This document shows positions 9,403-19,120 of a stretch of DNA of 64,000 bases, one piece after another. Each line of letters opens with the position of its first letter. The first letter of the stretch is position 1. This stretch comes from a candidate division FCPU426 bacterium (GTDB lineage: Bacteria; Oederibacteriota; Muellerivitia; Muellerivitales; Muellerivitaceae), in NCBI GenBank assembly GCA_963771075.1, contig CAVYSE010000011.1, positions 384,001-448,000 on the forward strand, read 5' to 3'. Both the position numbers and the translations under genes were made by a program. The notes beneath the pieces are model-generated. The model was not told the origin of the DNA, made no database searches, and was given only the letters and a program-made list of their open reading frames with translations.

Positions 9403-10761
9403 TTATTCGCCCAATTTTCTTAGGGTGTCGAATGAATAGAGCCCCGTGCCGTGGCCGTCTGACCACTGAAAGTGGAGGGCATAACGGCCCACCGGGTCCA
9501 CTCCCTCGATCTTTACGTCGGGGTCCACTGATTCCAAATTAATCATCCGCTGGCCCGTATCCTCGTTCACGCAGGAAGCGCAGGGGCACATGCTCCTCAA
9601 ATAACGGTTGGGATAGCGGGTAATCTTTCCATCGTCCCAAGTGATAACCGTGACCTTGTCGTCCTGGGTGTTTACTTCCTGGGGCCGGTTGGTGATCCGC
9701 GCCGTGGCGGCATTGATCAAGGAAAGTTGGGCCGCCATCTGAAGGGCGATGAGACCATAGGCTTTTCCGGAGGCCGAATCGGGATGGGCAGCCACAGTAG
9801 GAACTCCCGAGTCCCCATCCTCGGCGATCAAGGGTTCCAGGGGAACCTCCCCCAGGAAGGGAACAGCCAGTTCCTCCGCCATCCTTTTACCTCCGCCTTT
9901 CTTAAAGATGGGGGTAATCTCCTGGCAATGGGAACAAACGAAACCGCTCATGTTCTCCACGATGCCCAGAATCGGCACCTGAACCTGTTGAAACATACGC
10001 AACCCCTTCTGGGTGATATGCCGGGCCACGTCCTGGGGAGTCGTCACCAAGACGGCCCCCGCCAAGGGTACGGACTGGGTGAGGGTAAGTTGGATATCAC
10101 CGGTCCCCGGGGGAAGGTCAATCAAGAGGTAATCCAGGGCCCCCCATTCGACCCCCGCCAGGAACTGCTGAACCAGCTTGCTGGCCATGGGCCCCCGCCA
10201 GATAAGGGCGGTGTCGCTGTCCTGTTGGAGCATCCCCACGCTCATGAACTTGATGCCGTGCTTCTCGAACGGGATCATTTTCTTGGAAAGGGGGTCGGTA
10301 TCGGGCTGGCGACCCATCACCCCCAACATACGGGGAATGGAGGGGCCGTAAACGTCGGCGTCCATCAAACCGACGGCGGCACCGGTTTTGGCCAGGGCTA
10401 GCGCCAGGTTGGAGGAAACGGTGCTTTTACCCACCCCGCCCTTGCCCGAGGCGATGGCGATAAGGTTCTTCACCATGGGCATATTCAGGTTTTTGACGCC
10501 GGTAGGGGCCTGACGCACGTTGGAAGTCATTTTGACCTCCACCGAAGTGACACCGGGAAGCTTTTGAACGGCCGCTTGGGCCTGGGTCTTGAAAAGGTCC
10601 TTTACCGGGCAGGCGGGGGTGGTAAGTTCCAGGTCAAACCGGACCTTCCCCCCTTCGATAGCCAGGTTCTTCACGAAACCCAAGGACACGATGTCCTGGT
10701 GCAGGTCGGGGTCTTTGATGGGGCGAAGGGCGTTCAAAATATTCTGTTCGGATAGGCTCAT
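9403..10761 (-). CDS. apbC: Mrp/ApbC Fe-S carrier ATPase with N-terminal DUF59 and C-terminal DUF971-like domain
   Basis: DPDL..DIVSLGFV..TTPACP; SGKGGVGKST; DLPPGTGD; CSHC; C-terminal LRSMCPCASC...VGRYAL...WSDGH.TGLYSF. Start taken as MSLSEQ. Confidence 0.93.
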   Translation of the reverse strand: MSLSEQNILNALRPIKDPDLHQDIVSLGFVKNLAIEGGKVRFDLELTTPACPVKDLFKTQAQAAVQKLPGVTSVEVKMTSNVRQAPTGVKNLNMPMVKNLIAIASGKGGVGKSTVSSNLALALAKTGAAVGLMDADVYGPSIPRMLGVMGRQPDTDPLSKKMIPFEKHGIKFMSVGMLQQDSDTALIWRGPMASKLVQQFLAGVEWGALDYLLIDLPPGTGDIQLTLTQSVPLAGAVLVTTPQDVARHITQKGLRMFQQVQVPILGIVENMSGFVCSHCQEITPIFKKGGGKRMAEELAVPFLGEVPLEPLIAEDGDSGVPTVAAHPDSASGKAYGLIALQMAAQLSLINAATARITNRPQEVNTQDDKVTVITWDDGKITRYPNRYLRSMCPCASCVNEDTGQRMINLESVDPDVKIEGVDPVGRYALHFQWSDGHGTGLYSFDTLRKLGE

Positions 10762-10872
10762 GGGGTGGGGTCTCCTTGGGTTTATGTGAACCCATAAAAT
10801 GGGTTTTAAAATCCGAAAATGCAAGTTTCCTTTTAATAAAATTTTTTTCCCCCAATGGCACAACCCCGATCT

Positions 10873-11015
10873 CGCCATAGAGGCTCAGAGCCACAGAGAA
10901 AACATCCAAGATCAATGTTTAATTCTCGGCTTTAAAACCCCAAGGGTTCAATCCGACACTGAAAACTCAAAGTTCATTTTTTGTCGTTCTCTGCGCCTAT
11001 GTGACTTTGTGGTGG
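10873..11015. repeat. CACAGAG-type periodic inverted-repeat element
   Basis: cgccatagaggctcagagccacagagaaaa ... ttctctgcgcctatgtgactttgtggtg. Confidence 0.65.
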
Positions 11016-11183
11016 TTATTTAGTTAGCGCCGAACGTTCAATTTTCCCGTGAAAGCGGATAAAATAACCCCCGTCTTTCCTCCCTTAAAAAAGAGATCAC
11101 AGAAGAATGAATCACCCCTTTTCCCAATGGATGAGGGAAATTCGGTCCTTTTCACCGGACCCTCGAAAAGCAAAGGTCGCGTT

Positions 11184-13685
11184 ATGAAAGCCCTTATCCT
11201 GGCCGGTGGTTTCGGAACCCGCATGCGCCCACTCACCATCAACCTGCCCAAACCCATGATACCGATGGTCAACCGGCCCATTATGGAGATTATCGTGGAT
11301 CTGCTGAAAAAACATGGATTCACCGACCTCGTCAGCGTGGTGTTCTACCAGCCGGAAGTCATCACCGAATATTTCCGGGACGGCGCCGATTTCGGGGTGA
11401 AAATGCAGTACGAGGCTGCGGAAAGCGACCTGGGCACGGCGGGTTCGGTCAAGCATTGCCAGGGGTTGATCGAGAAAAAACGGTTTCTCATCATTTCGGG
11501 GGACGTCCTGACCGATTTCGACCTGACCGAGGCTCTCGCTTTCCATGAGAAGAACAAGGCCCAGGCCACCATGATCCTCACACGGGTCGAAAACCCCCTC
11601 GCCTTTGGGGTCGTCATCACCGGAGCGGACGGCAAGATCCAGCGTTTCCTGGAAAAGCCCACTTGGGGCGAGGTCTTTTCCGACACGGTCAACACGGGCA
11701 TTTATATCCTCGAGCCAGAGGTCCTGGACCTGATCCCGGATCGGGAGGATTTCGATTTCTCTAAGAATCTTTTCCCGCTCATGCTTCAAAAGGGTTTGCC
11801 GCTCTACGGTTACGTGGCCCAGGGTTATTGGGCCGATATCGGCAATCTGGACCAGTACCGACTGGCCCATCAGGATGTGTTCGCGGGCAAGGTGGAGGTC
11901 AGCATCCAGGGTTCCCGTTTGAACCGGGTGGGCAAGGAAATCTGGGCGGGGGAAAGAAGCTCCATCGATCCCACGGCGCAATTGACGGGAACGGTGGTGG
12001 TCGGCAGGGACTGCCACGTGGGGAAACATGTGAAGATCACCAACTCGGTCCTGGGCGACGGTTGCCAGATCGGGGAGGGCGCGGTCCTGACCAACGCGAT
12101 CCTTTGGCGCAACGTGGCCTTGGAGGCCGGGGCCCAGGTACGCGAGTGCGTGATCGCGTCCGGCGCCGACGTGCGCGAGAAGGCCAATATCTTCGAGGGT
12201 GTCATCGTCTCCGATAACTGTACCATCGGCCGGGAGGCCGTGATCAAGGCGGGCGTGAAGGTCTGGCCCAACAAGGTGGTGGAGGACGGAGCCCAGCTTT
12301 CCACCTCTCTCGTTTGGGGCGACAAGTGGTCCCGGTCGATTTTCGGGCAACATGGGGTCACCGGCATGGCCGGAATCGACATTACGCCGGAATTCGCGAG
12401 CAAGCTGGGAGCGGCCTACGGGGCTTCCCTTCCCAAAGGCTCCACGATCCTGACCGCGCGCGATATCCACAAGACCAGCCGCATGATCAACCGGGCTTTG
12501 ATTTCGGGCATCCTCTCCTCCGGTGTCAATGTGCACGACCTGCAGGAAATGCCCATTCCCGTGGCGCGCTACGCCGTGCCCAAGCTTTCCGACGCGGGGG
12601 GATTGCATACCCGCAAGAGCCCCTTCGATGAGCAATTCATTGACATCAAATTCTTCGATGGCCGGGGCCTGGCCCTTTCCTCCGGCAAGGAAAAGGGGAT
12701 CGAGAGCCTTTTTTACCGCGAGGATTTTCGTCGCGCCACCATGGAGGAAACCGGCGAACTGGTTTTTCCCCACCGCATGCTTGAGTTTTATCACCAGGGT
12801 TTCCTGGATGCCCTAGAGGTGAAAGCCATCGTGGACCACAAGCCCAAGGTAGTCATCGACTACGCCTTTTCGGCGGCTTCCCCCATCTTCCCATGGCTTT
12901 TGGGGAAACTGGGTTGCGAGGTGGTGGCCCTGAACGCCTACATGGATGAATCCAAGCTCACCAAAACCCCCGAGCAGTTTCAGGCCGCCCTGAAGCAGCT
13001 TTCCGACATCGTACCGACCCTCCACGCCCACTTTGGTGTATTGTTCGACGCGGGCGCGGAGAAGATTTTCGTGGTGGATGAGAAGGGGCATTTGCTGGCC
13101 GGAACCGAATTGCTGGCTCTGTTCTCCCTTTATATGTATCACCGAATTAAGGGGACGAAGACGGTGGTTCCCATCAACGCTTCCCAAGTTTTGGACGAAC
13201 TGGCCAAGGCCAACGGGGGGAGCATCCAGCGCACCCGCACGACCTATTATTCCCTTATGGAAGCGGCCACCCAGCCGGGCGTGTCCCTGGTGGGTGAACC
13301 GGACGGGGGCTTCATTTTCACCTCCTTCGCGCCCCACATGGACGCCATGATGTCCACTGCTAAACTAATGGAATTTCTAGCCCTGGAACGCAAGCCCATC
13401 TCCAGCTACCTCCAGCAGATCCCCAAGAAGCACGAAATCTCCCAGAAGGTTCCCTGCTCCTGGGAAATGAAGGGGACCATCATGCGGCACCTGATCGAAG
13501 ATACGGAAAAACTGCAGAGGGAACTGATCGATGGGGTCAAGATCCATCAGGAAGGATCTTCCGTCATGATCCTGCCCGACGCGGACTTAGCCTTCTTTCA
13601 CGTCACGGCCGAGGCAGAGACCGAGAAGACGGCGAAAGACTTAGTTGATTCCTACGTAGAGAAAATTAAAAAGTGGCATGGGTAA
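11184..13685 (+). CDS. Mannose-1-phosphate guanylyltransferase / phosphomannomutase-like fusion
   Basis: MKALILAGGFGTRMRPLT..PKPM, FLEKP, hexapeptide repeats, then a PGM/PMM fold with degenerate catalytic motifs. Confidence 0.9.
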   Translation: MKALILAGGFGTRMRPLTINLPKPMIPMVNRPIMEIIVDLLKKHGFTDLVSVVFYQPEVITEYFRDGADFGVKMQYEAAESDLGTAGSVKHCQGLIEKKRFLIISGDVLTDFDLTEALAFHEKNKAQATMILTRVENPLAFGVVITGADGKIQRFLEKPTWGEVFSDTVNTGIYILEPEVLDLIPDREDFDFSKNLFPLMLQKGLPLYGYVAQGYWADIGNLDQYRLAHQDVFAGKVEVSIQGSRLNRVGKEIWAGERSSIDPTAQLTGTVVVGRDCHVGKHVKITNSVLGDGCQIGEGAVLTNAILWRNVALEAGAQVRECVIASGADVREKANIFEGVIVSDNCTIGREAVIKAGVKVWPNKVVEDGAQLSTSLVWGDKWSRSIFGQHGVTGMAGIDITPEFASKLGAAYGASLPKGSTILTARDIHKTSRMINRALISGILSSGVNVHDLQEMPIPVARYAVPKLSDAGGLHTRKSPFDEQFIDIKFFDGRGLALSSGKEKGIESLFYREDFRRATMEETGELVFPHRMLEFYHQGFLDALEVKAIVDHKPKVVIDYAFSAASPIFPWLLGKLGCEVVALNAYMDESKLTKTPEQFQAALKQLSDIVPTLHAHFGVLFDAGAEKIFVVDEKGHLLAGTELLALFSLYMYHRIKGTKTVVPINASQVLDELAKANGGSIQRTRTTYYSLMEAATQPGVSLVGEPDGGFIFTSFAPHMDAMMSTAKLMEFLALERKPISSYLQQIPKKHEISQKVPCSWEMKGTIMRHLIEDTEKLQRELIDGVKIHQEGSSVMILPDADLAFFHVTAEAETEKTAKDLVDSYVEKIKKWHG

Positions 13686-13723
13686 CTATAAGTTATAAAA
13701 AGGATTTCATTGAGAAGCTACTT

Positions 13724-14337
13724 ATGAACCGGTTGTTAAAAAGCGCATTCTTTGTTCTGGCCTTTCTAATGAATACTGCAATTGTTTTTGGAATGGATGC
13801 AAAGCCCGAGGAATTTCAGATAAATCAAAAACCGTCCCATTTTTTCCTGGTGGGATTTATTCCAACTTTGAAATTAATTGGTATTCAAAACATCTAACGG
13901 CGTTGAATGAGCCGTCCTTGTTTGAAAATTCAAAGGCCGCGTTCAAACAAACGTATCGGTTTTTATGGCTCAGATCTTTACATCATCCGGTAAGCATCAG
14001 GCTTACGGTGAATGAAGATGAGACGGGTGAATTGGTTGTAAAAATGACAAACGGTGCTGGTGGGTATCAACCAGGAATCTTGATTACAAATGAACTTTTA
14101 AAAGTTACTAAACCCCAGGTTTCTAATTTTCTAAAGAGGATTGATTCAATTGGATTTTGGAATATGAAACCAAAAACCGGAATTGCTGGTTTAGATGGCG
14201 CTCGATGGATATTGGAAGGGGTTCGGCATAGAAAATATCATTTGATTGATCGTTGGACTTCGGACACGAAAGAAATTAGAGAGCCGGCTTTAGCACTTAT
14301 TCACTTAGCAAAACTAAATGTCGTTGAAGTTTATTAG
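13724..14337 (+). pseudogene. AT-rich secreted hypothetical protein split by a one-base deletion (possibly a sequencing error)
   Basis: The signal-peptide ORF (MNRLLKSAFF...) joins the 13903 ORF frame (FPGGIYSNFEINWYSKHLTALNEPSLF) if one T is added to the T run at 13840-13845. Confidence 0.65.
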
Positions 14338-14485
14338 CAAACATATGATTAGATTTTCATGGCAGCAATAATTTGGTTTGTTGTAAGTATTAGTTTCATT
14401 TGAATTTTGAAGAGCAAATCCATTGCGTCCTTTTTTCTTTTTCCCTAAACTCTCTTCGCTCTTTAAAACCCTTAAGGAATAACCC

Positions 14486-15916
14486 ATGGCCAAGATCACG
14501 TTTGGAACTTCAGGCTGGCGCGCCATCATTGCGGAGGATTTCACCTTCGCCAACGTGAAGATCGCCGTGGCGGCCATCGCCCAACATCTGCAAAAGACCG
14601 GCGAGGCCTCCAAGGGCGTGGTGGTGGCAGGGGACTACCGGTTCCTTACCGAGGAATTCATGCAGTTGACCGCCAGGGTGCTGACGGGCCACGGCATCAC
14701 CTCCTTCATGTGCCCTATCGGCACGCCGACCCCAACCGTTTCCTACGAACTGATCCGCCGCAAGACGGCGGGTTCCATCAACTTCACCGCCAGCCATAAT
14801 CCCGCGGCCTACCAGGGGCTTAAGTTCAACGGCTCCGACGGGGGTCCGGCGCCGGTTCAAGTCACAATGTCCCTCGAGTCGCTCGCCGAGAGTATTTCCG
14901 CGCAGGGGGGTAAGGTTCCCGAACTCAGCTATGCCGAGGCCGAAGCCAAGGGGCTGGTCGTCCCCATCGATCCCAAGCCGGCTTATTTTGAACGTCTTCG
15001 CCAGTTGGTGCAGTTCGAAACAATACGAAAGGCCCGGATGAAGATCGTGGTGGACCTGATGCACGGAAACGGCCTGGGCTATATGGATACCCTGCTTCAG
15101 GAAGCGGGGGTCAACGCGAAGGTCATGCACAATACCCGCGATCCCTTCTTCGGCGGGGCGGGGCATCATCCCGAGCCGGGGGAAGAAGAACTGAGTGAAG
15201 CCATCCATCTCGTGAAGACCTTGCCGGCCCATTTAGGGCTTGCCAACGACGGGGACGCGGACCGCTTCGGGATCATTGATGCCGACGGTAGTTTCATCAC
15301 TCCCAATCAAGTCTTGCCCATTCTCTTCGCCCATCTTTTAAAGACCCGCGACTGGAAGGGCTGCGTGGTTCGCACCCTGGCCACGACCTCCCTGATGGAT
15401 GCCATCGCCAAGGCCAACAATGTGACCCTCAAGGAAACCCCGGTGGGGTTCAAATACATCGCCGAGGTCATGGCCCAGGAGCCGATCATCATCGGCGGGG
15501 AAGAGTCGGGTGGCCTCACGGTTCACGGCCATGTTCCCGAAAAAGACGGGATCCTGGCCAACCTTTTAATGGCCGAAGTGGTGGCCCAGGAAGGCAAGAC
15601 CTTGGCCGCAGTCTTAAAAGGCCTCCATCAGCAGTACGGCGCCTTTTATTCTGACCGCCTCAACCTTAGGTTGAAGGACGGTTTGAAGGAAGTCATGACG
15701 GCCCGTTTGAAGGACAATCCCCCCTCCGACCTGGCTGGCAAGAAAGTGGTTGACCTGATCCGCAAGGACGGGGTGAAGTTCCTCCTGGAGGGCGGGGAAT
15801 GGATGATGGTCCGCTTTTCCGGGACCGAGCCGCTGATGCGTTGCTACATGGAATCCCGCACTCCCGAAGGTTTGGCCAAACTCCGTCTGGCGGGAAAAGA
15901 ACTAACCCAGGTTTAG
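14486..15916 (+). CDS. Phosphoglucomutase/phosphomannomutase
   Basis: FGTSGWR, TASHNP, DGDADR, GGEESGG, RFSGTEP. Confidence 0.95.
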   Translation: MAKITFGTSGWRAIIAEDFTFANVKIAVAAIAQHLQKTGEASKGVVVAGDYRFLTEEFMQLTARVLTGHGITSFMCPIGTPTPTVSYELIRRKTAGSINFTASHNPAAYQGLKFNGSDGGPAPVQVTMSLESLAESISAQGGKVPELSYAEAEAKGLVVPIDPKPAYFERLRQLVQFETIRKARMKIVVDLMHGNGLGYMDTLLQEAGVNAKVMHNTRDPFFGGAGHHPEPGEEELSEAIHLVKTLPAHLGLANDGDADRFGIIDADGSFITPNQVLPILFAHLLKTRDWKGCVVRTLATTSLMDAIAKANNVTLKETPVGFKYIAEVMAQEPIIIGGEESGGLTVHGHVPEKDGILANLLMAEVVAQEGKTLAAVLKGLHQQYGAFYSDRLNLRLKDGLKEVMTARLKDNPPSDLAGKKVVDLIRKDGVKFLLEGGEWMMVRFSGTEPLMRCYMESRTPEGLAKLRLAGKELTQV

Positions 15917-15974
15917 GATTTCGGTAACTGTTCAGCACGACTAAAAAAAACATCCAATACAAAGATAGGAAGAC

Positions 15975-16007
15975 ACCCCATATGATTCACCGTGAATCAT
16001 ATGGGGT
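15975..16007. repeat. Perfect 16-bp inverted repeat
   Basis: ACCCCATATGATTCAC-C-GTGAATCATATGGGGT. Confidence 0.85.
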
Positions 16008-16193
16008 AGTACCGCCATCATTAAACCAATCAAATGGAGGGGCGGCACACAAAGGACAGTAAAAGAAGAATGAATGCCTAAAAAATATCTTAAACCAGGG
16101 CCCTTTTTGCCTTTCTTCCTGGCTTAGTGGCTTCGTGTTGGCTTTGGGTTTGTCGGGCCTGAACTATTACGAATTTTGAATATAAAGGGTTTT

Positions 16194-16317
16194 CACCACG
16201 GAGGAACAGGAAAAATATTTTTTGTGGACAAACCAAAGATTTAAATAAGTTATTTGGGGAAAATGAAGAATTTTTTTTATTTTTATCCTATTCGGGTCTT
16301 GCCGTGTCCCCGTGGTT
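16194..16317. repeat. CACAGAG-type periodic inverted-repeat element (degenerate)
   Basis: caccacggaggaacagg ... cttgccgtgtccccgtggtt. Confidence 0.5.
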
Positions 16318-16445
16318 CTGTCGTCAATTAAGATTTTGGGAGCTTTTCAGTCAAAAGCCGTCCTTTTTTGCGGGTGCTTTTCCGATTCCTTTTGCGTTAA
16401 ACTGATTTTTGGTAATACCTCCACCCGCATCCTAAAGGCCCGATC

Positions 16446-17483
16446 GTGCCCTTGACCCTTTTAAAAAAGATTGTCGACCGGTTCAACCGGTTTTTGGCCC
16501 TCCTGGGTTTCATCATCCTCCTATCCTTACTCGTGTGGGTCATCGCCTCTTCCATGATCGACAATACGGTGGAGGTGTTTTGGATATCCGTCGGGGCGTT
16601 TTTTTTGCTTTTGCTTTGGTGGGGAATCGTCTCCTGGGTCGACAAGGCGGGCCTGATGTCGGAACTGGAATCATCCCTGCTGAAGAATCAAGTACTTCCC
16701 TTCCAATATGAAAGGGTGAAGAATCACATGCCATGGAATCTGGGGGATAACCAGGAGCGTATTATCCGGACGGTTTCCGCCGAATACCGGGCCCTTCAGG
16801 AAAAGGAAAAAGAAGCCCAGCAAACCTTGGAACGCTATGTCGGGTCCAGCGTTTCCACACAGGCCGCTTCCAAGGCCGCCCGATCCGAGTTGGGGGGGGA
16901 ATCACGCCGGGTCTATGTCCTTTTCTCCGATATCCGCGGGTTTACCCGCATGACGGAGATACTCAAACCGGAAGAAACCGTCGAGATCCTCAACAAAATG
17001 TTCACTGCCATGCAGGAAGTCATCACCCAAAACGGCGGGGACATCAACAAGTACATCGGAGACGCCATCTTCGCTTATTTCCGGCGCCCTTACGGCAACG
17101 AGGGAGAGGCGTCCAAAATGGTCCTAAGGACCGCCCTTCGCATGCAGGACCGGTTCGAACTGCTCAATAAGACCTTTAAGGTCGCCTATAGCCAGCCTGT
17201 GGATATCGGCCTTGGGGTGGGAATCACGGCCGGAACCGCCATCGTGGGAAACCTGGGTTCGGCCGAACGTATGGAATTCACCCTCATCGGGGATACGGTC
17301 AACCTGGCCTCCCGGTTTTGCGGCATCGCCAAGCATGGGCAGATCCTCGTCAATGAGGAAATGGCCGATGTCTGCCATGATTATTTCGACCTAACGACTC
17401 TTCCGGCGGTGCAAATCAAGGGAAAGAGCGGCATGATCACTCCCTACCTCGTGAATGGAGAGCGCCTGACCATGAGCCGGTAA
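16446..17483 (+). CDS. Membrane-anchored class III adenylate cyclase
   Basis: Two TM helices; FSDIRGFT, KYIGDA, EFTLIGDTVNLASR. K and T at the specificity positions indicate ATP as substrate. Confidence 0.9.
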   Translation: MPLTLLKKIVDRFNRFLALLGFIILLSLLVWVIASSMIDNTVEVFWISVGAFFLLLLWWGIVSWVDKAGLMSELESSLLKNQVLPFQYERVKNHMPWNLGDNQERIIRTVSAEYRALQEKEKEAQQTLERYVGSSVSTQAASKAARSELGGESRRVYVLFSDIRGFTRMTEILKPEETVEILNKMFTAMQEVITQNGGDINKYIGDAIFAYFRRPYGNEGEASKMVLRTALRMQDRFELLNKTFKVAYSQPVDIGLGVGITAGTAIVGNLGSAERMEFTLIGDTVNLASRFCGIAKHGQILVNEEMADVCHDYFDLTTLPAVQIKGKSGMITPYLVNGERLTMSR

Positions 17484-17541
17484 TCTTCCCCGCATCCGCA
17501 TTTTTGATCCGGCATCGACGGGCGCGTGAAATCAGGGACCC

Positions 17542-18780
17542 ATGAAAAAAAAGACCCCCCCCCAGTCGTCACCCGCGGACCGGATCGGGGCCGCCTATCA
17601 CCGCTATGGCCTGCGTTTTGACCCCTTTACCACCCTGGCCTTGCGTGAACATGAGCTGGACTGTTTTATCGGTCGGGAGGATTTGCTCGACCGCCTGACC
17701 TCGGCCATGCTCTCCTTGTCCAACGCCGGGATCGCGGGGGACCCGGGCATGGGCAAGAGCAGCCTGCTTCAAGTATTACGAAGCCGTGTTCCCAGGGAGT
17801 TCCACAACCTGGCCATCGGGGTCCCCCTGGATGACGCCGCTTATTTTCTGGGTGAACTGCTCCGGGAAATGCTAATCAACCTGCCCCGTCCCAAGGGCCT
17901 TTCCCTGGAGAAGGTGGAAAGAAGTTTGAACCGGGGGGAATTAAGCAAGAACGCCATCTTCACCGTTATCAAAACTTTCGCCGCCCGCCTGAAAAAACCC
18001 CTGCTGATTTTCGTGGATGACATGGAAAAAATAAGGGGGGATTGGAACCAGCATTTGAGCCGGGCCGACCGCACCCTTCAACTGTTGGAGGAATTAAAAT
18101 CCCTTTTGGAGCTCCGCCAAGCCAGCTTCGTCATCGCCTTGCAGGATGAGTTTTACGCGAAGGTGGCGAATGTGGTGAGGGATGGCGCCGAATCAACGGT
18201 GTTGGGGCTATTCCGGCATATGGTTCGGATCGAACCCTTTAACCACGCCCAGCTCAAGGAAATTCTCAAACGGCGGGTTGAAAAGGCCGGTTTTCAAGGC
18301 TCCTCCGACCATTTCCTGGAACCCGAAGCGCTGACCTTGGCTCTTTCGCTTTCGGCGGGAAACCCCCGCCGTTTCCTTTACCTGATTTCCGAAGCTATGG
18401 CCCGCGCCAACCTGAGAAAGGGGCGCCGGGTCGAGTTCCAGGACCTTTTCGAGGCGGTCAATGAGCATTTGAAACTCGACCTGGTCTGCAAGAAACTGCT
18501 TTACTTCCTGGCCAAGGCCGGCCGGGCGACTGCTTCCAACGGCGACCTGCAGGCTTTCATGGGTCTCGACACGATTTCCATCGCCCGACGGCTGGAGATC
18601 CTTTCCAAAAACCGCTTGGCGGACCGGGTGGATTCGGTGGATGGGGTGAGGGTTTACGCCCTGCCCGGCGGGGAACTTCCCGTACCCGTCCCTTCCGCAG
18701 GCACGGACGCGCGTTTTACCCGCACCCCCGAGGGGGACAAACGATTCGATGTGGGCGGCGGAGAAAAGGAGGGCCCTTGA
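17542..18780 (+). CDS. P-loop AAA-type ATPase with probable C-terminal winged helix
   Basis: FIGRE, Walker A GDPGMGKS, Walker B IFVDD, GNPRR, HTH-like C-terminus. Confidence 0.75.
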   Translation: MKKKTPPQSSPADRIGAAYHRYGLRFDPFTTLALREHELDCFIGREDLLDRLTSAMLSLSNAGIAGDPGMGKSSLLQVLRSRVPREFHNLAIGVPLDDAAYFLGELLREMLINLPRPKGLSLEKVERSLNRGELSKNAIFTVIKTFAARLKKPLLIFVDDMEKIRGDWNQHLSRADRTLQLLEELKSLLELRQASFVIALQDEFYAKVANVVRDGAESTVLGLFRHMVRIEPFNHAQLKEILKRRVEKAGFQGSSDHFLEPEALTLALSLSAGNPRRFLYLISEAMARANLRKGRRVEFQDLFEAVNEHLKLDLVCKKLLYFLAKAGRATASNGDLQAFMGLDTISIARRLEILSKNRLADRVDSVDGVRVYALPGGELPVPVPSAGTDARFTRTPEGDKRFDVGGGEKEGP

Positions 18781-19109
18781 GGCCCAAGGCCCTGGTCGTT
18801 TTCATCACCACGCCCGGCCCCCAGGTCAGCCGACAATTGGCCCGGGGGCTTTTGGAGGGAAAATGGGCCGCCTGCGTGAACCGGATATCCGGCATGACCA
18901 GCCAATACTGGTGGAAGGGCGCCATTGAGTCGTCCCAAGAGGACCTCCTGATCGTTAAAACCCTTCCGGGGAAATGGAAAGGCCTGGAAAAATGGGTCCG
19001 TGCCCGTCATCCCTATCAGGTTTGCGAAATTGTGGCCCTGCCCCTGACCGCTCTATCCCTTCCTTATTTGAAATGGCTGCGTGACAGCCTTAAACGAGTC
19101 CGTTCCTAA
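18777..19109 (+). CDS. cutA: Divalent-cation tolerance protein CutA
   Basis: AACVN, SQYWWKG, HPYQVCEI, YLKWL. Confidence 0.92.
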   Translation: MRPKALVVFITTPGPQVSRQLARGLLEGKWAACVNRISGMTSQYWWKGAIESSQEDLLIVKTLPGKWKGLEKWVRARHPYQVCEIVALPLTALSLPYLKWLRDSLKRVRS

Positions 19110-19120
19110 AGGAGATTTCC

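Noticed and set aside
17542..18780. ATPase plus cyclase as an anti-phage system (Pycsar, CBASS or Avs-like)
   Set aside because: The cyclase has ordinary adenylate-specific residues and TM anchors; no nuclease, TIR or cNMP-binding effector is adjacent, and the context is housekeeping.
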